Positions 46,902 through 54,218 of a stretch of 64,000 bases of DNA are shown one piece after another; the stretch's first letter is position 1; each line of letters starts with the position of its first letter. The translations under genes and the position numbers were made by a program. This DNA comes from Bacteroidales bacterium (lineage in GTDB: Bacteria > Bacteroidota > Bacteroidia > Bacteroidales > P3), in assembly GCA_017542345.1 (NCBI GenBank), contig JAFXXI010000009.1, forward strand, positions 32,022 through 96,021. The letters run 5' to 3'. The notes below the pieces were generated by a model that was not told the DNA's origin, did not search any database, and saw only the letters and a program-made list of their open reading frames with translations.

Positions 46902-47876
46902 TTATTGGTACTTCTGGGCCACTTCGTTGATGCTGAAGTTGCCCTGCATGTCTTGGACGGCAACGGTGCCACGGAGGATGCCGAAGAAGAACTCGCGCAA
47001 GCGGTCGAACGAAAGTACGGCGGTCTTGCCGTCTTTGTCGGGACCGAGGTCGTAGGTCTTCAGCAGCTGCGGGCCAAGAGCGGCAGCGGCAAGCAAGAAG
47101 TGGTTCTGGAACTTGTCAGTGTCGATAAGGTCGGCAGCAAGCACCTTACCCACAATGGTGTAGCTGCGCAGGGTCTTCTGCATTTCCTCGCTGGTGAGGG
47201 TGGTACGCACCTCATCGGCGTCGACATCGAGCACCACACGACCCGATTCGGGAGCTTGCGGCATGCCTTTGTAGAGCGAACCGAGGTCGGCAAGGCTGAG
47301 GTTGTAGAACTTGGCGCCGGTGGCCACGACCATCTTCTCGATGGAGAAGGCCGAGGGGAGCAGCAGCTGGACAGTGCCGTCGATGCTCACAGTGGGCGTG
47401 TTGAAGGTGCCCACGATGCAGTTGTTCATCTCAATGCCCTGGGTGGCGAAGACACCGCCAATCACCACGCAATTGTCGAGCACCACCTCGTCGGCATAGA
47501 TGCTGCCGGCTACGAAGGCGTTGTAGAGCGTGACGCTCTTGGCGTTGATGTCGCTCTGGAAGGTGAGCTGGCAACCCGAGGCCCGGGAGGCGATGGTGTC
47601 GACCGAGCCAACGCTCTTACGGAACACGATATTGCCCTTGGCATCAGCGTTGACGTAGAGTTCGAGCTGTGTGAACACGGCGCCGCGCAGTTCACAGTCA
47701 CCGTTCTGGATTTCAAGACGATGGGCATAGACAGCCCCTTCGATGACGGTATCTTCCTGGATGGTTATGTCGCGGGTCAACTCGCTCACCTGCTCGGGGA
47801 TGATGGAGCCTTTGACCAGATTGTCCTTCAGCAGAACGTTGCTGCCGTTGAAACGTATTTCATTCAATTCTTTCAT
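46902..47876 (-). CDS. Operon gene 6: hypothetical protein, N-terminal bactofilin-like beta-helix, C-terminal unknown domain
   Basis: 324 aa with no TM. Residues ~35-190 show a repetitive short-strand pattern (..TVIEGAVYAHRLEIQNGDCELRGAVFTQLELYV..VTLYNAFVAGSIYADEVVLDNCVVIGGVFATQGIEMNNCIVG..) reminiscent of polymer-forming bactofilins. Composition is normal, unlike the antisense ORF 46905-48098. Confidence 0.8.
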   Translation of the reverse strand: MKELNEIRFNGSNVLLKDNLVKGSIIPEQVSELTRDITIQEDTVIEGAVYAHRLEIQNGDCELRGAVFTQLELYVNADAKGNIVFRKSVGSVDTIASRASGCQLTFQSDINAKSVTLYNAFVAGSIYADEVVLDNCVVIGGVFATQGIEMNNCIVGTFNTPTVSIDGTVQLLLPSAFSIEKMVVATGAKFYNLSLADLGSLYKGMPQAPESGRVVLDVDADEVRTTLTSEEMQKTLRSYTIVGKVLAADLIDTDKFQNHFLLAAAALGPQLLKTYDLGPDKDGKTAVLSFDRLREFFFGILRGTVAVQDMQGNFSINEVAQKYQ

Positions 47877-47891
47877 GACTTGGATAATTTG

Positions 47892-48890
47892 CTAATTGTT
47901 AAACAAACGGATGATTTGTTCGCGGACACGCTCGCCGTGCTTGTCGGAACCCACAGCCGTGGAGACCTCCTCGTTGAAGTAGCGGCGGATGGCGCCCATG
48001 TCCTCTTCGGTGGGTCTGGGCCACTGTTGTTTACGCAATCCCTCTCCGATTTGATCCTTGTTGGAAGCCAGTTGCTCGGGGCTGTAGATGTTGCGTGAGA
48101 CGCTTCCGTGGCTGTCGGCAGCCTCCATGTAGCAGACCGGCAGGAAGAGGTAGCCCTCGCTGTTGCTGTCGATGATGCTCGAGGTGATGGTATCGGCAGT
48201 GTGCTTCTGCACTTGCAGGAAACGAGTGGCCTTGCCCAGAGTGTCGTTGGCGCGTTGCTTGGTCAGCGTGGCGCTGAGCTGTGCTCCCAGACGGGCGTTT
48301 TCGCCGCCCGAAATGGAGACAGTGGGCACCATGTCGCTCTCGACCAGACGGCTGTTGAGCTTGTCGGCGTCAGACCGGAACATGAAAGTGGGCTGGTCAA
48401 GATTGCGGATGCGGTTCTCCAGTTCGCGGTCGAGGTCGGAGAAGATTTTGAGGTACTGCTCGCACTTGCGGTTGTAGTCCACCTCCATCTGACGTTTCAT
48501 GTCGTTGCAACGACGGGCGTCGCTCTGCAGTTTCAGCAGGGTAGCTTCGACATTGTTCTTCAGCTCGTTGATTTGCTGGCTAATTTCGCTGCGCACGGTC
48601 TTGAAGAAGCCGTCGATGAGGGTCTTTCCGACCTTGCGGGAATTCTCCTTGATGGAAGCCACTTGGGCCGCCTCTGTGGCAGCAACGGAGCCTGTCAGCA
48701 GGTCTACCTGGCCTCCACAGTGGTGGGTGGATGCGTCGAAGGGTGTGGTGTCGACATTGACATTCACCACGACATCCTCGTAGGCTGTGCCGCTATAGGA
48801 GACTGAGCCACCATGCTCTGAGGCGGGGTAGCTAACCGAGCCCGAGTAGTGTACCGATATAGTTTTCCTTACTTGTCTTGTGTAACTCAT
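47892..48890 (-). CDS. Operon gene 5: hypothetical protein, paralogue of gene 4
   Basis: 332 aa. It is collinear with the 305-aa neighbour (..SEISQQINELKNN..QMEVDYNRKCEQYLKIFSDLDRELENRIRNLDQPTFMF..LPVCYME..). It has an extra N-terminal GSVSY-rich segment. Confidence 0.82.
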   Translation of the reverse strand: MSYTRQVRKTISVHYSGSVSYPASEHGGSVSYSGTAYEDVVVNVNVDTTPFDASTHHCGGQVDLLTGSVAATEAAQVASIKENSRKVGKTLIDGFFKTVRSEISQQINELKNNVEATLLKLQSDARRCNDMKRQMEVDYNRKCEQYLKIFSDLDRELENRIRNLDQPTFMFRSDADKLNSRLVESDMVPTVSISGGENARLGAQLSATLTKQRANDTLGKATRFLQVQKHTADTITSSIIDSNSEGYLFLPVCYMEAADSHGSVSRNIYSPEQLASNKDQIGEGLRKQQWPRPTEEDMGAIRRYFNEEVSTAVGSDKHGERVREQIIRLFNN

Positions 48891-48898
48891 AACGCCTC

Positions 48899-49816
48899 CT
48901 ATTGTTTAAGGGTTTGATATGAGGCGGCACGGAAAAGGTTGTTCATCATCTCCTTGACGCGATCGGGAAGGTTGGCAGAGGCCACCATCTTGCCATATTC
49001 GTTGATAGTCTCGCGGTCCTTGTCCGTAGTGTCGACCCAAGGAAGGTTGTCCTCCGTCGAGGTGATGGTGTTCTGGATGCTACGCTGCATCGAGGCACTC
49101 AAGCCCGTGTCATTCATCACAATGTTCTCCACGGTGGTTCCGTTGCGGTCGATGCAGGTCTCCATCATCACCACCGGCACGGCAAGGTGCGACTCACGGG
49201 CCTCGCCGCTGAGCAGGATGGTGGACGTCAGCCGACGTTGGTCGTTGAAGTCGGACAGGAAGTCGCGCATGGTGTTGATGACCTTCATGCCCTGGTATTT
49301 GGCATTAGAGGCCAGTATCTGCTGACTCTGCATAACCGACTCGAGCTGCCCGACCGGCACCGTGGCGGTGAGCAGTTTGCTGCGGTTGGTGATATGCTCA
49401 ACCTCGCCGAGGGCGAAGTTCATCGTGGGACGGTCAAGTTCCGCAACACGCTGCTTGAGGTTCTGGTTGAGACCAGTGAACAACTTGCTGTAACGTGCAA
49501 GGAGCATGTTGTAGTCACGCTCCATACGGGTGCGGATGCCGAGCAACTGCTTCTGCTGCTGAGCCAACTGCATGAGCAATGAGTCGACATCACTCTGCAA
49601 TTTGGCCATTTTCTGTGATATCTGCGAGCGAATCATGGTGTAGAAACCCTGATTTACTTTCTCACACACATGGTCGGAAGCTTCTTTCTCGGCAGCGATG
49701 ACGGCAGTCTTCATGGCGACCACTGCCGTGGTTGTGGCGGTTACATGGTGCGACACCTTGTCTATCTCATGCGCCATGGGCTTGGTGTCGACAACACAAT
49801 CTATATATGATGCCAT
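48899..49816 (-). CDS. Operon gene 4: hypothetical protein, paralogue of gene 5
   Basis: 305 aa with ..SQISQKMAKLQSD..RMERDYNMLLARYSKLFTGLNQNLKQRVAELDRPTMNF..VPVVMME.. No family recognised. Confidence 0.82.
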   Translation of the reverse strand: MASYIDCVVDTKPMAHEIDKVSHHVTATTTAVVAMKTAVIAAEKEASDHVCEKVNQGFYTMIRSQISQKMAKLQSDVDSLLMQLAQQQKQLLGIRTRMERDYNMLLARYSKLFTGLNQNLKQRVAELDRPTMNFALGEVEHITNRSKLLTATVPVGQLESVMQSQQILASNAKYQGMKVINTMRDFLSDFNDQRRLTSTILLSGEARESHLAVPVVMMETCIDRNGTTVENIVMNDTGLSASMQRSIQNTITSTEDNLPWVDTTDKDRETINEYGKMVASANLPDRVKEMMNNLFRAASYQTLKQ

Positions 49817-49835
49817 AATGAGCCGAATTTAGGGG

Positions 49836-51908
49836 TTACTGATTGTTTTCTTCCTCGTTGTCACCTTCTTCCTCGCCTTCGCCCTCTTCTTCATCGTCGT
49901 CACTTTCTTCCTCTTCTTCGTCGATTTCCTCTTCCTCCGAAGGCTCCTCTACCTCTTGGGGCTCTTCCTCTTCAAGGACGACCTCTTCCTCTATTTCCTC
50001 AGGCATCTCCTCCGGCACTTCCTCTTCCATCACGGGTTCCGGGGCTTTTGCCTGTTCGGCACCGCTCTCCAAGTCCTTCAGCGCCTTCTCGGCAATGGAG
50101 GGCAGGTCAAGGTTGAGGTATTCGAAGGTGATGTCATCCACATTGGGCGTGGGCGGCATATCAGCCTGCTTGGCAAGGAGCGGGTTCGCAGCGGCCAGCG
50201 GTTTGCGGCGGCTGTCGAGATGATTGACCTCGCCCGCTGCCACGGCTTCTTCGCTCGAATGGCCATCACGCAGTTTGGCGTCATAGTACTCCACATGGCC
50301 GAACTTCTCACCTTTCAGGCGAATGTCATCCTGCAGGCGGTCCATATAGTCCTCAAACTGGTTCTGCACCTGTTTGAACTGCTGCGACTGGGTCTCAAAG
50401 GCAACGGCGGTCTCGGCCACATTGTCACTGCTTTCAACCAGGGTGGAGTCGAGCTGGCCCTCGCTCTTAGCCATATTGGCTTCCGTGTGCTGCAGGGAGA
50501 CAAGCGTATTGTATGCCGCGGTGTACTCGCGCAAGCTCTCCTGCATGGCGGCAATAATCTTGTTGGCTTCGGAACGGTTATCGCGGTAGAACGCGTCAGT
50601 ATCCTGATTCCACTTGTTTAGATAGCTTATCTTCTGGTCCTTGATATGGTTATATATCTTCAAGCGCTCAATACGGGTCTCACGCATGAGGTTCTGTACC
50701 ACCGGGGCCACAATTTCCTCATAGAGCTGGTGTACACCGAAAGGCACCGTGGTGGTGCTGCCGTCCTCTGCAGTCCACATCCCTGTCACCAGGTTATAGC
50801 GCACACGGGAACTTTCCTTGAGCTGGAAGGGAGTATAACCCTGCACATCCTCCGAGAAGTCGAACTTCTCATTACGGATTCTTTCAATCTCATCATGCTC
50901 CAGAAGCGGAGAATAGTGGTTATAGGGGGCTTTCAGTATCTGATAGAGCAACTTGTTCGACTCAAATATCACTTTGTCGGCCGATGCGACCTTCAGGTTC
51001 GAGATAGCCTGCACCGAATGAGCCATGGTCACCATCAACTTCTTCAGCACATCCTCGAATTGCTCCGTCTTGCTCGACAGCGAGTCTTTCAGCCTGTTCA
51101 ACTCCTGGAACTTATTGATACTGGCGGCGTAGCGGCTCTTGTCGAAGACCTCCACGACAGGGGCCTCCTGCGGCACATCGCCTGTAGCATATTCGTCAAG
51201 GAACTCATGGTACTCACTCTTGTCCGCCACCAACGGGAGGCTCACGCTCGACACATCGAGGTCCTCCATGCAGTAGCCGATGGTGCGAAGCGAACGCTCC
51301 ATCTTGCCGAAGTAGTCGTGCTGGGTAACCTGCTGTATCGAGGTGGAATACTCGTCCGTATCCAGCGCTTCGGAGTCTTCCGAGCTCTCCACCACAGGGG
51401 CTCCTTTCGAGAGTTCCTCGATGTCTCCTATGGTGGACACCAGAAGGTCGTTCTGACGCGACATCTGCAGCGTCACCTCCGACTCGCCCACTGTCCCGGT
51501 ATAGTCCACGATAAAGCTCTTGTCTTCATACTTTATCTGGTCAGCCACCGGCACATAGGCCACACCTAACTTATTTACCTTATAGTCGCGGAAGATTTCC
51601 TTATGCTGCTTCTTAAACTCTTCTATCCTTACCGTGATATCATCAATCTCTTTCTGCAGTTGATTCTTCTTCACGAAATACAAGATAATTGGAATCAGCA
51701 GTATCGCCAATGGCAGCAGCCAAGGAATCCACAGCTTCGACTGCTGGGCAATCTTCTCTTCTTTCTCTCGTTCGAGCTTGGCAATCTCGCCTTCAATGCG
51801 CTCTTCTTCGCCAACAATCTTCTCGGCGGCCTGGCGGTAGTAGTTGAACAACACTCTCGCCTGGTCCTGGTAGATGTTGACCGACTCGGGGAATATCTTT
51901 CCTGTCAT
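49836..51908 (-). CDS. Operon gene 3: single-pass membrane, coiled-coil protein with 67-aa polyacidic C-terminal tail
   Basis: 690 aa. The TM helix is LWIPWLLPLAILLIPIILYF (aa 59-78), flanked by E/K-rich coiled-coil segments. The tail is EPVMEEEVPEEMPEEIEEE...EEGDNEEENNQ (49839-50039). Confidence 0.82.
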   Translation of the reverse strand: MTGKIFPESVNIYQDQARVLFNYYRQAAEKIVGEEERIEGEIAKLEREKEEKIAQQSKLWIPWLLPLAILLIPIILYFVKKNQLQKEIDDITVRIEEFKKQHKEIFRDYKVNKLGVAYVPVADQIKYEDKSFIVDYTGTVGESEVTLQMSRQNDLLVSTIGDIEELSKGAPVVESSEDSEALDTDEYSTSIQQVTQHDYFGKMERSLRTIGYCMEDLDVSSVSLPLVADKSEYHEFLDEYATGDVPQEAPVVEVFDKSRYAASINKFQELNRLKDSLSSKTEQFEDVLKKLMVTMAHSVQAISNLKVASADKVIFESNKLLYQILKAPYNHYSPLLEHDEIERIRNEKFDFSEDVQGYTPFQLKESSRVRYNLVTGMWTAEDGSTTTVPFGVHQLYEEIVAPVVQNLMRETRIERLKIYNHIKDQKISYLNKWNQDTDAFYRDNRSEANKIIAAMQESLREYTAAYNTLVSLQHTEANMAKSEGQLDSTLVESSDNVAETAVAFETQSQQFKQVQNQFEDYMDRLQDDIRLKGEKFGHVEYYDAKLRDGHSSEEAVAAGEVNHLDSRRKPLAAANPLLAKQADMPPTPNVDDITFEYLNLDLPSIAEKALKDLESGAEQAKAPEPVMEEEVPEEMPEEIEEEVVLEEEEPQEVEEPSEEEEIDEEEEESDDDEEEGEGEEEGDNEEENNQ

Positions 51909-51949
51909 GGTAAATAAGTTTTGGTGAATATTATTAATGAACTAATCTT

Positions 51950-52639
51950 TCAGTTTGAGTATTGCGTCCGACGGCGCTGCAACAGGCGTTCACACCGTGC
52001 CAGTACCTGTTCAGCCTGCTCGGCATTCATGCGATAGTCGCCCACCATGCGCCCAATCTCAACCGCACCTTCCACCAACTGGCGGTCGGTGTCCAGTGCC
52101 TCGGGGTTGTTTGTCGGCGAAAGATAGCGCATGTCCTGCACCATGGTATTGGTACGATCACGCAATGCTACCGGGAAGTCGGGCTGAAGGTCCATCTTCT
52201 CCAGCAGGTCGCGCCATGCATTCTTCACGCTGTCGCGATTTCCCACCTTCTGCTGCTCCTCTTTGTGCACACCCACAATCTGTTCCCGCGTACGAAGTGC
52301 CGCAGCCAAACCCAGTAGCAACAGCACGAGAATGCCGCCCTGCACGAGCAGCTGCACGCTGAACTCTTGGTTCCGCAATGCAATCATAAGTCCCACCGCA
52401 AGGATAGCGTAGATGAACGTAATCGTCCATCGCACACCCATCGCGCCCAACTTGGCCGTGTGTTCGTCGCCCCACGGGCGGGTAATATCCACAAAGAATA
52501 GTCCGATGATGATGGTGCACACCACCATGTCCAGAATCATCACCTCAGTCGGCATATCACCCCTGTACAGGAGGAAGGCTGCAATCATAATAGCCTCGCA
52601 TATTGCCAAGGCCACCCAAGACAAAAACTTGCGTATCAT
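51950..52639 (-). CDS. Operon gene 2: four-TM membrane protein with ~110-aa helical cytoplasmic tail
   Basis: 229 aa with four hydrophobic helices in aa 5-115, then a charged helical region ..VHKEEQQKVGNRDSVKNAWRDLLEKM.. Confidence 0.8.
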   Translation of the reverse strand: MIRKFLSWVALAICEAIMIAAFLLYRGDMPTEVMILDMVVCTIIIGLFFVDITRPWGDEHTAKLGAMGVRWTITFIYAILAVGLMIALRNQEFSVQLLVQGGILVLLLLGLAAALRTREQIVGVHKEEQQKVGNRDSVKNAWRDLLEKMDLQPDFPVALRDRTNTMVQDMRYLSPTNNPEALDTDRQLVEGAVEIGRMVGDYRMNAEQAEQVLARCERLLQRRRTQYSN

Positions 52640-52664
52640 ATCTCTTCGTTTTTATGGTTTACAC

Positions 52665-53954
52665 TTATCTCTTATTACCACACTTCGGGCAGAACTTGAC
52701 CGACGGCGGAAGCACGGCACCGCAACGCGAGCATACATCGCCCGACTGTGTCGGTTTGCCGCAACTGCTGCAGAACGACGCACCCGCGGGTATCGGAGCG
52801 TTGCAATGCGGGCAGCGACTCTCCGACGCCTGTAGTTGGGCACCACACCCCGTGCAACGACGGGCTTTCTCGTCGTTGTCGCGGCCGCAGTTGGGGCACG
52901 GATTATACTTATGTCCACAGCTAGGGCAGAACTGCGAGGTAGTCAGGAACTGTTTGCCGCAGTTGCTGCAGAACACCGCTGCCGGACGTGGCATGCCACC
53001 ACCTCCCTGCGGGGCCGCGCCCATCCCTTGCTGCTGTTGGCCTCCTGGGCCGAACGTCGGGTGGTCGTTATTGGGCGACATCAGCGGCTGACCCATGCTG
53101 CCGCCACCCATATTGCCACCGAAACCGCCCATCATGCCGATGGCCATCAAACCGCCCAGGATACCGCCCTGGCCGTTGCCCATGCTGTTGACCGCACCCT
53201 GCGCAGTGCTGAACATCTGCTCCTGCTGCCAGGTGTGGCCCGTGATGTGCATCGAACTCTGCTGGGCAATAGCTTCCTTGACCCTGCGGCCCTCTTCCGT
53301 CGTGGTGTCTATATCAATTTCGGTAATATAGAAATGCGCCAGCTCTATGCCAAACTGCGCCCAGAATGCGGCGATATTGCTCTTCAGATAGGTAGAGATC
53401 TGGTCCAGATGGCCCGAAATCGACTTATACCCGATTTGGTTACTGGTCATGTACTGCACAATGGCCGATTTGGTCTTGGTGATGAACTCTCCCAAGCACT
53501 GGTCGGTGACATCATCGCGCGAGAACTGATGGCGCGGCACCACGAGGTTGATGAGGAACTTCTCCGCATCCACCACCTTGATGCCATAGCGGCCTTTGGC
53601 CACCAACGGCAGCTGCGTCTGGTAGTCGGCGTCGTGGATTGACATGCTGCCCGTCGCCCATTCCAGATTGGCAGGCTGCAGCAGGTTGACATACCACACT
53701 TCCGCCGTGAAGGGGTTCTTTCCGCCAAACGGGATGCCGAACAGCGACCGAAGTATCGGCAGGTTCTCTGTATTGAGCGTGTGCTTGCCCGGACCGAACT
53801 TGCCCAACAGCTGTCCCTTCGAGAACAGCAGCGCCTGCTGCGACTCATACACCACCAACTGGGTATAGGTACTCAAGTTTGTTTCCGGGAAACGATAGGC
53901 GTAAAGCATCTTCCCATCGTCGGGGGACCATCTAACTAAATCAATTATTGCCAT
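52665..53954 (-). CDS. Operon gene 1: SPFH/band-7 protein of the YdjI (COG4260, 'virion core protein-like') type with Gly/Met/Gln-rich linker and four C-terminal zinc ribbons
   Basis: 429 aa. The N-terminal ~250 aa follow the YdjI-like pattern (..QLVVYESQQALLFSKGQLLGKFGPGKHTLNTENLPIL..FGGKNPFTAEVWYVN..). There are eight CxxC pairs arranged as four ribbons (aa 328-427). Confidence 0.85.
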   Translation of the reverse strand: MAIIDLVRWSPDDGKMLYAYRFPETNLSTYTQLVVYESQQALLFSKGQLLGKFGPGKHTLNTENLPILRSLFGIPFGGKNPFTAEVWYVNLLQPANLEWATGSMSIHDADYQTQLPLVAKGRYGIKVVDAEKFLINLVVPRHQFSRDDVTDQCLGEFITKTKSAIVQYMTSNQIGYKSISGHLDQISTYLKSNIAAFWAQFGIELAHFYITEIDIDTTTEEGRRVKEAIAQQSSMHITGHTWQQEQMFSTAQGAVNSMGNGQGGILGGLMAIGMMGGFGGNMGGGSMGQPLMSPNNDHPTFGPGGQQQQGMGAAPQGGGGMPRPAAVFCSNCGKQFLTTSQFCPSCGHKYNPCPNCGRDNDEKARRCTGCGAQLQASESRCPHCNAPIPAGASFCSSCGKPTQSGDVCSRCGAVLPPSVKFCPKCGNKR

Positions 53955-53962
53955 ATCTATTT

Positions 53963-54010
53963 AATTTATTGTTACTTATTCATTGTAATTTATTGTTACT
54001 TATTCATTGT
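53963..54010. repeat. Perfect 24-bp tandem duplication in the operon leader
   Basis: AATTTATTGTTACTTATTCATTGT occurs at 53963-53986 and again at 53987-54010. It lies between the -7 box and the start codon at 53954. Confidence 0.9.
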
Positions 54011-54024
54011 AAGAATTGGAAATG

Positions 54025-54056
54025 CAAAGGTATGAAGAAACAATCACTTTTGCAAA
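54025..54056 (-). promoter_or_regulatory. Bacteroidetes-type promoter of the six-gene operon (-33 TTTG / -7 TACCTTTG)
   Basis: Minus strand: TTTG (54053-54056), then a 20-nt spacer, then TACCTTTG (54025-54032). Confidence 0.6.
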
Positions 54057-54218
54057 TATTTTTTTTGCCATCCCCAGAACAAACAACACAACACACTAAT
54101 CCACAACATAATATCCTGTAAAATTTAACATTCAGGACACCTGGCCTATAGATACAAAACAAAAGGTTCGGGAAACATGCAGTCTCCCGAACCTCACTTT
54201 TTCTGTTTATTTGCTCAA

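Noticed and set aside
47022-47045. A Walker-A-like string GPDKDGKT (GxxxxGKT) in operon gene 6, hinting at an NTPase.
   Set aside because: It lies only 39 residues from the C-terminus. There is no room for a P-loop domain, no Walker B, and no preceding hydrophobic strand context. It is most likely a chance match.
46905-48098. A 397-aa plus-strand ORF antisense to operon genes 6 and 5.
   Set aside because: It spans the boundary of two well-formed minus-strand genes and has shadow-ORF composition (GVAGHLVD-type). The minus-strand genes have balanced composition, tight spacing and a paralogue relationship.
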